The notes below the pieces were generated by a model. It did no database searches and was not told where the DNA came from. It saw only the letters and a program-made list of their open reading frames with translations. This document shows positions 47,579 to 57,908 of a DNA stretch of 64,000 nucleotides, piece by piece. This stretch comes from Patescibacteria group bacterium (GTDB lineage: Bacteria > Patescibacteriota > Patescibacteriia > Buchananbacterales > UBA6539). The stretch's first letter is position 1, and each line of letters opens with the position of its first letter. A program made the position numbers and the translations under genes. Location: NCBI GenBank assembly GCA_041662625.1, contig JBAZSB010000002.1, positions 85,497-149,496 on the forward strand, written 5' to 3'.

Positions 47579-48586
47579 ATGGGAATAGAAGAAAATCCAA
47601 GATTTGGCCGACAAGTGCAAAGAGACCTCGGCGAAGATCCAAACCGAGAAGATGATCCCAGAATTGATGATTTTATCGCAAAAAGCAGAAAAAGATGGGA
47701 ACCAGAAAGGCCAAAGTTGGAACAATTTATGCCGCCGCGGGAAGCCCAAGCGATGACGGCTGAACTGGGAGAAATGAAAAAAGAATTTGGTGATAAGACG
47801 CCAGAATCAATTGCGGCTGAGTTTATGGTAATGGAAGGAATCTATGAATATGGCTGGACTGGTGGCGGCAAAACTGAAGGCCGGGAAGAACCGGCTGACG
47901 TTTATGTCATTCCGGCTTCAGAATCTGATGACATTAAAAATGGCATTGATTTAGTGGTGGCAATAAGAGAAGGAGACGGGGAATGGATGTATTTAGGGAT
48001 TGATGTTACTACTACTCAAGATATGGTAGAACTCCGGGAAAAACTGGAAAGAACAATCCACCCATTGCAAGATAAAAAGTCACCTCACGTTGATTTTTAT
48101 TATTCCAGTGACAGCCCGGACAAAACTATAGGCAGAATTGATCTCCCAAGAGTAGTAATTGGCATTGATAAAGAAAGAATAGGCGAGCTGTCTAATGACT
48201 TTTTACACAATCCAGGTTCATTGGCCGAGCACCCAATCCAGCTTGAGATAAACCAAGAAATAATTGACCAGCTGACAACTGCTATTGAAATAATTGTTAA
48301 TAACATATCACGGCAAAGAAAAAATTTTGTTGAGTATGATTTTGACTCTCCAAAAGAAGCCTTAGATTTAGTCCGTGGCCAAAGGCATCGCCAAGAATTT
48401 GAACAAATCCAACCCGGAGTTTTGAAAATTATAGATAAACACGCAAAAATTTTAGAATATATGGTTGCTGTCCAAAAAGAAAAGGGCTCAGTGAGCGAAA
48501 TTCCTACCCAAAGAGCCACAGAATCATTCACATTTCGGCAGCTGGCGCCGAAAACGACCAAAGAACTACTTCGAAAGGCGGGTTGA
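47579..48586 (+). CDS. Hypothetical protein, possible PD-(D/E)XK-like fold
   Basis: DDIKNGIDLVV...LGIDVT; acidic; no firm family assignment. Confidence 0.65.
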   Translation: MGIEENPRFGRQVQRDLGEDPNREDDPRIDDFIAKSRKRWEPERPKLEQFMPPREAQAMTAELGEMKKEFGDKTPESIAAEFMVMEGIYEYGWTGGGKTEGREEPADVYVIPASESDDIKNGIDLVVAIREGDGEWMYLGIDVTTTQDMVELREKLERTIHPLQDKKSPHVDFYYSSDSPDKTIGRIDLPRVVIGIDKERIGELSNDFLHNPGSLAEHPIQLEINQEIIDQLTTAIEIIVNNISRQRKNFVEYDFDSPKEALDLVRGQRHRQEFEQIQPGVLKIIDKHAKILEYMVAVQKEKGSVSEIPTQRATESFTFRQLAPKTTKELLRKAG

Positions 48587-48736
48587 CCGCTTCCTTTTCC
48601 GCGACCGCGGACCCATTTGGGCTTGCTGCCTCATCACCCTAGCCAAAGATAACACGTAATGTCGGGGCAGATGCGGCGTTGAATTGCGGCCCGAAAGATC
48701 AACCGGTTTGACATTCCAATATCTGTCTTTACCCAA
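48566..48736 (-). CDS. Putative small basic orphan protein (56 aa)
   Basis: TTG start after GGAGGGAGG SD; promoter TTGACA-17-TATACT at 48824-48796. Confidence 0.4.
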   Translation of the reverse strand: MGKDRYWNVKPVDLSGRNSTPHLPRHYVLSLARVMRQQAQMGPRSRKRKRSTRLSK

Positions 48737-48900
48737 GGTTATTTCCTCCCTCCAAGTATTTCCTTTCCCGCAGCCAATTTGCAAAACAGTAAAGTAGTAT
48801 AACAAAAATATCTAGCGATGTCAAGCTATGCTAAAACAAAAAACCCCGAATAAATCGGGGACTTTTTTTCTATTTGGTTAAAAATTGTAAGTTAAAAAAG

Positions 48901-50637
48901 CTAAAGCTTGGCACTGATATCTTTGGCCACCCGGAAGACTTCTTCAACACTAGTAATGCCGTCAACGGCCTTTAATAAACCATCCTGAATCATGGTAATC
49001 ATCCCGTGTTTAACTCCGATTGCCCGCATGTCGTATTCCGAAACTTGGCCGGACAAAATCAAAGTTTCCACTTCTTTATTCATTGTCATGATTTCAAAAA
49101 TACCAATCCGGCCTTTGTAACCCAGGCCTTGGCATTCTTCGCAGCCACCACCTTTATAAAATTTTAATCTTTTTAATTCTTCTTTGGGAACCCTAAAGCC
49201 TGACTCTTCGGGAATTTCCGATAATATCTCCATCACCCGCGACATAGTTTTATTGTCTAATTCAGTTTCTTTTTTACAATTCTTACAAATTTTACGGATT
49301 AACCGCTGGCCAATCATGGCGTTGATGGCTGGTGCTAATAAAAACGGCTTGACCTGCATTGAAAGCAGGCGGGGGATGGTGCCAGCGGCATCATTAGTAT
49401 GTAAAGTACTGATGACTAAATGGCCGGTTAAAGCGGCGTTAATGGCAATTTCTGCAGTTTCCAAATCCCGGATTTCACCAACCATCACAATATCCGGATC
49501 CTGCCGTAAAATCGAGCGCAGGCCATTAGCAAAAGTGTAATTTTTACTATGGTCAACTTGACTTTGATTGATCCCCCCTAATTTATATTCAATTGGATCT
49601 TCAATGGTGATAATTTTGGTGCCTGGATCATTTAATTTATTCAAAACTGCGTAAAGAGTCGTAGTTTTACCTGAACCAGTCGGCCCAGTAGTAACAATCA
49701 TCCCATTAGGTTTGGTGATTTCGATCTTTAAAGCCTCAAAGGCTTTCCCCCGGATACCTAAATCCTCAAAAGCTAAACCCACAGCTGAAGACATTAAAAG
49801 CCGCATGACGACGCTTTCGCCATAGGCAGTCGGCAGCGTCGAGACCCTAACATCAATTTTTTCCTTAGTCATGAATATCGTAAACCGGCCATCTTGCGGT
49901 CGGTCTTCAATATTGATCTTTAATTTAGCCACTAATTTAACGCGGGACACAACCTGCGGCCAAACTTTTGGCTCAAGCTGGGCGGCATCATGCAAAATTC
50001 CATCAATCCGGAAACGAATTTTGACGCCATGTTCTTCAGCTTCAATATGAATATCTGAAGATCGGGCTTTAATCGCGGCAGCGATAATTAAAGTGAACAT
50101 GTCCGTGATCGATACTTCTTTCAATTTATCATTTAGATCACGAAAAGTTTGAATGTCCTGTTCATATTGTTTAATGTCTTCCTCAGTAATTTCCACGCCG
50201 CTGATAAATTTTCTAATTTTTGGTACGGCTTGATACAGTTTCCAGGCAAAATCAAAGCTATAGGGAGAGATTAAATAAACTTGTACTTCTGAGTGGTTTT
50301 CTTTACCCACTCTTGCAGCAGCGGCTTGAACATTAGGGTCAGTTGGGTCAACAGCGCCAATCCGAATATCATAAGAGCCGCGAAAAAAACAAATTGCTTT
50401 TAATTCCTTGGATTCTTCTTCAGAAAAAAGAACTAAAGTTTCCGGACTAATCGGTAAACCCTTAAGATCAATGTATTGAATGCCCATGATCTGGGCTTGG
50501 GTTTGGGCTTCTCTTTCCTTTTCCTTAATCTTAATATTTTTCATTTTATCAGAAAATTTCTCGGCAGTTTCCGCCGAGGAAATTTTTGGCTTTTGGGTCG
50601 CTAAAACTCCTTTAAGTAAATTATCGTCTGGAAGCAT
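48901..50637 (-). CDS. pilB: Type IV pilus assembly ATPase (PilB/GspE)
   Basis: SDIHIE, PQDGR, GPTGSGKTTTLY, LRQDPD, CxxC pairs, GYKGRIG. Confidence 0.9.
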   Translation of the reverse strand: MLPDDNLLKGVLATQKPKISSAETAEKFSDKMKNIKIKEKEREAQTQAQIMGIQYIDLKGLPISPETLVLFSEEESKELKAICFFRGSYDIRIGAVDPTDPNVQAAAARVGKENHSEVQVYLISPYSFDFAWKLYQAVPKIRKFISGVEITEEDIKQYEQDIQTFRDLNDKLKEVSITDMFTLIIAAAIKARSSDIHIEAEEHGVKIRFRIDGILHDAAQLEPKVWPQVVSRVKLVAKLKINIEDRPQDGRFTIFMTKEKIDVRVSTLPTAYGESVVMRLLMSSAVGLAFEDLGIRGKAFEALKIEITKPNGMIVTTGPTGSGKTTTLYAVLNKLNDPGTKIITIEDPIEYKLGGINQSQVDHSKNYTFANGLRSILRQDPDIVMVGEIRDLETAEIAINAALTGHLVISTLHTNDAAGTIPRLLSMQVKPFLLAPAINAMIGQRLIRKICKNCKKETELDNKTMSRVMEILSEIPEESGFRVPKEELKRLKFYKGGGCEECQGLGYKGRIGIFEIMTMNKEVETLILSGQVSEYDMRAIGVKHGMITMIQDGLLKAVDGITSVEEVFRVAKDISAKL

Positions 50638-50761
50638 AAATTGCTACTTTCTACTTGATTATATAGTTATTATAGTTTTTTTTTCGCTTACTGACAAGAA
50701 ATTGAATTTTAAAACCCCCTAATTAAAGGGGGTAGGCGAAATGAAACAAACTATTATAAAT

Positions 50762-51691
50762 CTAGCTAAAAATCCTTTGTAAAAGACTAGACATAGCCAG
50801 CTTCCGACCAGCGATTAATTCAAAGACTAAAACCCAGCTGCCCCAACGGAAGGTAACTAAAATAATCTCAACAAACAGAAAAATTACTAATAAAGCCAGG
50901 AATAAAAGAATCAAACCAAAAGTAAACCCGGCATAAACTCCAAGAAAAGTCAGTAAAATAAAAGGCAAAATAATAAATAATAGACCATTGACCAAAAAAG
51001 AGATAAGGAAAAGAATGATAGCAATCTCCAAGCTTAAAAGCCAATTCTTTTTAAAAATTTCTAAAGCTAAGGGAATTGACTCTTTTAATGACCAATCCCT
51101 TAAAACTACACCGCAAATGGCATAACGGCCAATAAAAGAAACAACCAGTTCAATCACCAAAATGATATCAAAAAGTATAATGAAAAGCAGCAGATAGCCG
51201 GGGAATTTGATGGCGGATAATAAAAAGATAATTCCAGTTAAAGACCAGGTGATAATTCTTAAAAATACATTTAAACCTAAAACCGGCCAAAATTTTATTA
51301 AACCAAAATTAAAGCCAGCGCGCCAACTCAAACGTTTACTCTTAGTAACACTAACGACCTGGCTAATCAATGCTGATTGGGAAACAAGGGCCAACCAAAC
51401 TGTTACCACAACAAAACCAAGAAGTACTAGAAAAATCAAAATTATTAAAAATAAAAATAAAGGATGAGCAAAAAATACTTTTAAAGCACCACTCAAACCG
51501 CTAAGGGAAAATAAACCGCCAGCCTGTAGGCCATCCAAAAAAGCAAACAAAATCTGGTCAACGCCGAAATTGTAGCTGCTAAAAATTATATCGCCACCTA
51601 AAAAAACAGCAAAAAATCCGAAAAACCAAATGCTTGGAGTCTGCCAAGCGACTTTAAAAGCTTGTTTGAAAATTTGGCGGTAAGTGTACAT
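50762..51691 (-). CDS. Hypothetical multi-pass membrane protein
   Basis: 7-8 hydrophobic helices. Confidence 0.75.
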   Translation of the reverse strand: MYTYRQIFKQAFKVAWQTPSIWFFGFFAVFLGGDIIFSSYNFGVDQILFAFLDGLQAGGLFSLSGLSGALKVFFAHPLFLFLIILIFLVLLGFVVVTVWLALVSQSALISQVVSVTKSKRLSWRAGFNFGLIKFWPVLGLNVFLRIITWSLTGIIFLLSAIKFPGYLLLFIILFDIILVIELVVSFIGRYAICGVVLRDWSLKESIPLALEIFKKNWLLSLEIAIILFLISFLVNGLLFIILPFILLTFLGVYAGFTFGLILLFLALLVIFLFVEIILVTFRWGSWVLVFELIAGRKLAMSSLLQRIFS

Positions 51692-51706
51692 AGGCTAAAT
51701 TGATGA

Positions 51707-53545
51707 TTAAATATTAGCTTTCGCCTCTTCCTTAACAAAAATTGCGTCAAATTCTTCTTTTTCCAAAGTCTCTTTTTCCAAAAGCAATTTGACAATTGCT
51801 TCGAGTCGATCTCGTTTTTTTCTAATGATATTAGTGGCAGTTTTAATTGATTGATTAATAAAATTATTAATTTCTTTATCAATCAATTCGGCGACTTTTT
51901 CACTATAATCACGCTGTTCGGTGATTTCCCGGCCTAAAAATATCAGCTCTTCTCTTTTACCAAATGTCCGGGGACCTAAAACTTTACTCATCCCGTATTG
52001 CATGATTAATTGGCGGGCAATTTTAGTTGCTTCCTTCAGGTCATTGGAAGCGCCAGTTGTCACATCACCAAAAACTTCTTTCTCCGTAATATAACCGGCT
52101 AAAAGAACAGCTAATTCATCAATAAATTCAGCCCGCGATTGCAAGTATTTATCCCGGATCGGCATTTTTAAAGTATAGCCAGCCGCTCGGCCCCGCGAAA
52201 CAATCGAGACTTTCTGAACCGGATCAGCATTGGGTAACTCATGAGAAACTAAAGCATGACCGGCCTCATGATAAGCCGTAATTTTCTTTTCCTCATCAGA
52301 AAGCAGGTGACTTTTCCGCTCTGGCCCTAAAATAACTTTTTCAATACTTTCCAAAATGTCAATCATTTCGATCTTTTTTTGATTCCGCCGGGCGGCCAAA
52401 ATCGCGGCTTCATTAAGTAAATTATTCAAATCAGCGCCGGTGAATCCCGGAGTTCTTTCGGCAACTCGCCGTAAATTAGCTTCTTTGTCCAAAGGTTTCT
52501 TCCGGGCATGAACCTTTAAGATTGCCTCCCGGTCATCGATGTTTGGTGCATCCAAGACAATCCGCCGATCGAACCGCCCCGGCCGCAGTAAAGCGATATC
52601 TAAAATATCGGGACGGTTAGTTGCCGCAATTACAATGATATTAGTACTAATATCAAAACCATCCAATTCCACCAAAATTTGATTTAAAGTCTGCTCTCGT
52701 TCGTCATTAGAACCACCCAGTCCCGCACCACGTTGACGACCAACGGCATCAAGTTCATCAATAAAAATAATACAAGGCGAATTTTTTTTAGCTTTACGAA
52801 ATAAATCGCGGACTCGTGACGCGCCAACACCAACAAACATTTCAACAAATTCCGAGCCAGAAATACTGAAAAATGGAACATTGGCCTCGCCGGCAACCGC
52901 TCGAGCCAGTAAGGTTTTACCGGTTCCCGGAGGACCAACTAATAATACTCCCTTAGGCACGCGGGCACCCAAATTAATGAATTTCTTGGGATTTTTCAAA
53001 AATTCAATGATTTCCAATAATTCTTCCTTGGCCTCTTTAGCACCAGCAACATCCTGAAAAGTTACTTTATTGCGTCGATCCTGGGGCGCGGTTTCCCGGG
53101 CCCGGCTTTGGCCAAACATCAAAGCTTTGCTGTTGGCCCCCTGAACTTGCCGCATCATCAGATAAATAAAGCCAACAATTAAAATCAAAGGAATTAGAAA
53201 TGGCAAAAGCATAGTTAACCAAAATTCAAAGCCAGAGGGTTGCCCCACGGAAACTTGAATTCCTGCTAACTTGGCCGGATCAACATTATAATTCTTCAAT
53301 AAAGTACTTAAAGATTCGGTTGTTTCTTTTTGAGTTTGGACAGTACTATTATCTTTCAGAGTTAAAATGATTTGGTTATCAACTACTTTGATTTCTTTAA
53401 CTTCGCCCTGGTCAATTTTACTGATCATAGTGGTAATATCAATATCAGTTGGCGGTTTTTCCGGATTAATGTAGACACTAAAAAGGCTAGCGATAACCAA
53501 AAAAACTAGAAAGATTACTAAAAAATTTCTTGATAATTTCTTCAT
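51707..53545 (-). CDS. ftsH: ATP-dependent metalloprotease FtsH
   Basis: [25 protein letters not shown]. Confidence 0.97.
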   Translation of the reverse strand: MKKLSRNFLVIFLVFLVIASLFSVYINPEKPPTDIDITTMISKIDQGEVKEIKVVDNQIILTLKDNSTVQTQKETTESLSTLLKNYNVDPAKLAGIQVSVGQPSGFEFWLTMLLPFLIPLILIVGFIYLMMRQVQGANSKALMFGQSRARETAPQDRRNKVTFQDVAGAKEAKEELLEIIEFLKNPKKFINLGARVPKGVLLVGPPGTGKTLLARAVAGEANVPFFSISGSEFVEMFVGVGASRVRDLFRKAKKNSPCIIFIDELDAVGRQRGAGLGGSNDEREQTLNQILVELDGFDISTNIIVIAATNRPDILDIALLRPGRFDRRIVLDAPNIDDREAILKVHARKKPLDKEANLRRVAERTPGFTGADLNNLLNEAAILAARRNQKKIEMIDILESIEKVILGPERKSHLLSDEEKKITAYHEAGHALVSHELPNADPVQKVSIVSRGRAAGYTLKMPIRDKYLQSRAEFIDELAVLLAGYITEKEVFGDVTTGASNDLKEATKIARQLIMQYGMSKVLGPRTFGKREELIFLGREITEQRDYSEKVAELIDKEINNFINQSIKTATNIIRKKRDRLEAIVKLLLEKETLEKEEFDAIFVKEEAKANI

Positions 53546-53719
53546 AATTTTTAGGGTAATTCCCTCCACCCTGACTAACTCGTGAGGTTAAAATTCAAGC
53601 AGTTGAGAGTCCAGATAAAACCTCACCCCTTAATTAATAGATTAAGGTGGGGCAAAACTAATATTATTATAACCGTTTTAGATGATATAATCAACCAAAT
53701 TATAATTTTTTCGGCTGTT

Positions 53720-54961
53720 TTAAGATTTTTCCGTTTGGCTTAATTCAGCCGGAGATTCTAATTCGGTTTTTGGCGGGGCCAAAGCTTCTGATTTTAGTTC
53801 AGCCGAATCAACTTTTTTGGCCGGTTCTGATTTTTCCTTCAAGGCTTTCAGGCTTAAACCTAACCGATGATTAGTCGGCTCAATGGACAACACTTTGAAA
53901 TCCAAGGTATCTCCGGGCTTAGCGATCTCGCTGGTATCACTAATCGGTTTATCAGACAATTCAGAAATATGAGCTAAACCGTGAATATCCGGATCGAGCT
54001 CAACAAAAAGACCAAAAGGATTAGCTTTTAAAACCTTACCTTTCACGACCTGACCGACTTTATACTTCTCAGCCACATTCTTCCAAGGATCTTCCTTGAG
54101 TTTTTTCATGGAAAGAAAAATCTTAGAACCTTCAACATTGATAATTTCTGCTTTGATTTTATCACCAACCTTAACTAAGTCAGAAGGATTATCAATTCGC
54201 TGCCAAGCTAATTCCGAAATATGGACTAAACCTTCAAGTTTATCAGCGCCAAACTCGACAAAAACACCAAAGTCAGTCACGGCTGTAACTTTGCCACTAA
54301 CGGCATCGCCCACTTTATAACTGGCAATAACATCTTTTTGTTTTTCTTCCCAACCGGCCTTTTCCGATACAATTAATTTTTCTTCAGCTTCGTCCACATC
54401 AATCACTTTGACTTCAAAATCATGGCCGATGTAGCTTCTTAGTCGTTCCAAAATTCGATTTTTATCGCCACCCGGAACCCGCGGATAGTGTTCAGGCATC
54501 AATTGCGAAACCGGTAAAAAGCCAGGAATCCGGCCAACCCTAACCATTAAACCACCTTTATTCGCATCAGTAATTGTTGCTTTGACAATTGATTCTTTTT
54601 GTCTTAAGTCGGTTAAATTGTCCCAGGCCTTTTGGTGACCGGCAAAACGAAACGAAAGTTCCATCTCTCCGTTTTCGTTCTCCAGCTCAATTACCGTTGC
54701 TTCAACGTCATCACCTATTTTTAGACCCGAGTACTCATTTGATTCGTCATAAAATTCTCGGCCCCTCACCACACCGGTGGTAAAACCATCAATGTCTAAA
54801 CGAATTTCGGACCGAGAAATATCAATTATTTTGCCTTTGACCAAGTCACCAACTTTCGGAATCTTAATAAAATCCCCCTCAGCAAGGATTTTCTTAAACT
54901 GAGAGGATTGGTCTTTAGTCTTAATATCAGGCTCATCAAGTTTAGTGTCTTTTGCAGTCAT
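53720..54961 (-). CDS. rpsA: Ribosomal protein S1 (four S1 domains)
   Basis: NKGGL, DFGVFVEF, EGLVHISEL, GLAHISEL. Confidence 0.85.
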   Translation of the reverse strand: MTAKDTKLDEPDIKTKDQSSQFKKILAEGDFIKIPKVGDLVKGKIIDISRSEIRLDIDGFTTGVVRGREFYDESNEYSGLKIGDDVEATVIELENENGEMELSFRFAGHQKAWDNLTDLRQKESIVKATITDANKGGLMVRVGRIPGFLPVSQLMPEHYPRVPGGDKNRILERLRSYIGHDFEVKVIDVDEAEEKLIVSEKAGWEEKQKDVIASYKVGDAVSGKVTAVTDFGVFVEFGADKLEGLVHISELAWQRIDNPSDLVKVGDKIKAEIINVEGSKIFLSMKKLKEDPWKNVAEKYKVGQVVKGKVLKANPFGLFVELDPDIHGLAHISELSDKPISDTSEIAKPGDTLDFKVLSIEPTNHRLGLSLKALKEKSEPAKKVDSAELKSEALAPPKTELESPAELSQTEKS

Positions 54962-55145
54962 AAATTTTTAATTAACCTCTCTTTTACCCAGAGAAGCCCC
55001 TAAATTAATAGGGTAGATTGATTAAAAGTTAATACTAAAAAAGTATAGTCTATATTAACATGCTAGTAAAGATTAGTCAAGCTACCTATCTTAAAACCAT
55101 TATTTATGCTAAAATAAAGGCAAGTTAATCAAAAAATCAGTCTTT

Positions 55146-55760
55146 ATGTACCGAGTATCAACCAATATATCAAAAGAAAAATTTGAGAAAATGATTTCTG
55201 GAAATAAAGGCTACATTCCCAGTGAAACTCTTCGGGCTTTACAAGAAAATAAAAAAGGCGATCTGCTGTACAAAAAATCAGTTAAAAAAGAAGAGGCTCT
55301 AGAAGTTATTCAATACTTGGCCAAAAAAGGCTTAATTCCAATGACGCGCAGCCCTTATAAATTAGTTCAAGCGGCACTTGAAGAACAACAAAAAGAGGAA
55401 CAGAAAAAGCAAGATGAGGAAAAGACCAAGCTGAAAAAACAAAAACAAGCTGAGGAAGAAAAAGCAAAAGAAGAAGCAATGACTAAAAGTATGTCCCCAG
55501 CAAGAGCCAAGGCTTATATTGCTATGGAACGAGGTGAAGAATTATTAGCGGAAGACAGGGGCGAATCTAAAATTCAATATGATCAGCGCAGTCCAAGTAA
55601 TCGGCTACTAGATGAGCTTGATCGAGAAAAGGAAACGCGGGACACCAAGGCCGCTAAGGAAAAAGAAGGGGTGGAAAAATACTATAGTAAAAAAGATAGC
55701 CGGCGACGAAAACCGGACTTAGTGGATATGAGCAAATTACACGATATGGATATTGGTTAA
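55146..55760 (+). CDS. Hypothetical charged protein ending in DMDIG
   Basis: 204-aa ORF rich in Lys/Glu. Confidence 0.7.
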   Translation: MYRVSTNISKEKFEKMISGNKGYIPSETLRALQENKKGDLLYKKSVKKEEALEVIQYLAKKGLIPMTRSPYKLVQAALEEQQKEEQKKQDEEKTKLKKQKQAEEEKAKEEAMTKSMSPARAKAYIAMERGEELLAEDRGESKIQYDQRSPSNRLLDELDREKETRDTKAAKEKEGVEKYYSKKDSRRRKPDLVDMSKLHDMDIG

Positions 55761-55834
55761 ATTACATCATTGCCGGCTGGAAGTCAGAATAATCTTTATA
55801 AAGTCTGAAGTATAAACACCAACAATAAAATTAC

Positions 55835-55970
55835 AAATTACAAATCTCAAATACCAAACAAATTACAATTACCAAAATTATAAATTCAAAACTCTTAGGA
55901 TTGCCGTTTCGGATTTTAAAAGTTGGAATTTGAGATTTGCTTGGAATTTGTGATTTTGAATTTGGTGCTT
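55835..55970. repeat. ~140-bp heptamer-based imperfect hairpin element, copy 2
   Basis: Homologous to 7713-7849. Confidence 0.7.
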
Positions 55971-56032
55971 GTTCCATACTGTATGTTACATAATAAGGAA
56001 ATAACCCACCTAAATTAAAACCTTATATTAAT

Positions 56033-56704
56033 ATGGCAACAAATCGTTTTTCGGACAATATTTCTCCAATGGCTAGCGGCACTGGCTCTCACTATGCTAA
56101 GGGTAGCTTCACTAGTCGTCGGCCTAAAGGACTATCCAAAGCATTACTAGGAGCTCGCCAAAAAGGAAAACATACCTGGGCTAAAAATTTATCTAATTCA
56201 AATCTTGAAACTATCCGCGAAAAAATTGGCATAAGGGCAAGAAAACTTTCAAAATATTCTAAAGGTTTTTCCCGCAAAACGGTAAAGGAGTTAAATGCTG
56301 AGTTCAGAAAAGAATGGAAAGAAAATCCTGATTTTTCTTATGAAGATTTTAAAGATGCTAAAAAAGTAGTTGAGGCGATGAGGGCTTATAAACCTAACCA
56401 AAAAACTACTACGGCTGAACCAGAAGCGGCCGCGACCGAACCAACAAGGCGAGCAGTTCATTTTATTACCGATAAAAATACAGAAGAGCCATTCAACCCA
56501 GTTTTAGATTCACTAGCCGGCACCACACTTAAAACGACTATGAGAGCTGATACCACCCTATCTAAACCCAAAACAACTAACCCTGCTCCAGATCCAGTTA
56601 AACCAGGAGTTGAGCCAACAAAACCAGACATTATTGCTAAAAGAGAAGGAGACAATTTATCCCCGGATAAAGATGGAAAAGTAGTGGATATTGATATAGG
56701 CTAA
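56033..56704 (+). CDS. Hypothetical basic protein ending in DIDIG
   Basis: 223-aa ORF. Confidence 0.7.
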   Translation: MATNRFSDNISPMASGTGSHYAKGSFTSRRPKGLSKALLGARQKGKHTWAKNLSNSNLETIREKIGIRARKLSKYSKGFSRKTVKELNAEFRKEWKENPDFSYEDFKDAKKVVEAMRAYKPNQKTTTAEPEAAATEPTRRAVHFITDKNTEEPFNPVLDSLAGTTLKTTMRADTTLSKPKTTNPAPDPVKPGVEPTKPDIIAKREGDNLSPDKDGKVVDIDIG

Positions 56705-56845
56705 AAATTAAAAAAATACCTAAAAAAATTGCTAAAATTAGCTAAACTTTAAGGCATATTTTTCTTGCCAAAAAACCAAATATTTGCTAAAATAAAAGTG
56801 ACAAAAGAAAGTCATTTTTTAGTTTATAACTAGTAATTAACACCT

Positions 56846-57499
56846 ATGATTATTAACTGGTTTGGCCAATCCTGCTTCAAAATTCAAGGAGAAAAAAGTA
56901 TCGTGGTTACAGATCCTTTTGATAAATCCTGTGGCCTAAAAGTACCGCGTTTGGCCGCCGACATTGTTACAATCAGCCATAATTTTGATGATACTGATAT
57001 TTCCTCGGGGGTCAAAGGTATCACCGAGAATGAACCATTTGTTATTAATGGACCAGGTGAATATGAAATAAAACAAGTATTTGTCTACGGTATCCCTTCT
57101 TATTCAAATAACCAAGGCGACAAGGAGCAAAAAAAGAGCCTTCTCTACCGCCTGGAAATTGACGGCATTAGTTTGGCCCATCTAGGAAACTTGGATCACG
57201 TCTTAGCCAATGGTGAAATTGAAAAATTAGAAGGCGTTGATATATTAATGATTCCGGTAGGCGGCACTTACACTATTAATGCTAAGCAAGCAACTGAAAT
57301 AATTAGTCAGCTTGAGCCAAGAATAGTTATCCCGATGGCTTATGATACTCCCGGTTTAAAGTTAAAGCATAAAATTGATGATATTAAAGTTTTCTGCAAA
57401 GAATTTGGTGCCTGCCCCAGAGAAGAAATCGGCAAATTTAAAGTAACCAAAAAGGACTTACCCCAAGAAGACCTGAAAGTAATTATCCTTCAACCTTAA
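56846..57499 (+). CDS. MBL-fold metallo-hydrolase (Lactamase_B_3-like)
   Basis: WFGQSCF, TDPF, GPGEYE, IPVGG; metal-ligand motifs degenerate. Confidence 0.8.
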   Translation: MIINWFGQSCFKIQGEKSIVVTDPFDKSCGLKVPRLAADIVTISHNFDDTDISSGVKGITENEPFVINGPGEYEIKQVFVYGIPSYSNNQGDKEQKKSLLYRLEIDGISLAHLGNLDHVLANGEIEKLEGVDILMIPVGGTYTINAKQATEIISQLEPRIVIPMAYDTPGLKLKHKIDDIKVFCKEFGACPREEIGKFKVTKKDLPQEDLKVIILQP

Positions 57500-57500
57500 T

Positions 57501-57905
57501 ATGGCCAGGGGCAAAAAATCAGTTGACCAAAAGAGTAAAATTAAAAAATTTAAAGTCCAGGATTTACCGGAAGATGCCAGAAAAAAAATTCTAATTACTA
57601 GCGTCACGATCCTAACTTTAATAATATTTTCAATTTGGCTAGTTTATTTAAAAGCTAATTTTGAACGGGCAAATAATCAACCTCCGGATGAACAATGGGA
57701 ACAAATCAAAAAAGATTTATCAGGATTTCTAGAAACTACCGGAGAAGATTTAAATAAACTAACAAATCAAGTTAAACAAGAAAATGAATCGACTACTACT
57801 CCGCCAAGTTTACTTGAGGAAACCACCCAACCAACCACGACTCCTAATCTTTCTGAAAAAGAGCTGGAAGAAATAAAAAATAAACTACTGGAAAAAACTA
57901 ATTAA
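57501..57905 (+). CDS. Hypothetical single-pass membrane protein
   Basis: One TM helix; operonic position before gyrA. Confidence 0.7.
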   Translation: MARGKKSVDQKSKIKKFKVQDLPEDARKKILITSVTILTLIIFSIWLVYLKANFERANNQPPDEQWEQIKKDLSGFLETTGEDLNKLTNQVKQENESTTTPPSLLEETTQPTTTPNLSEKELEEIKNKLLEKTN

Positions 57906-57908
57906 GAT

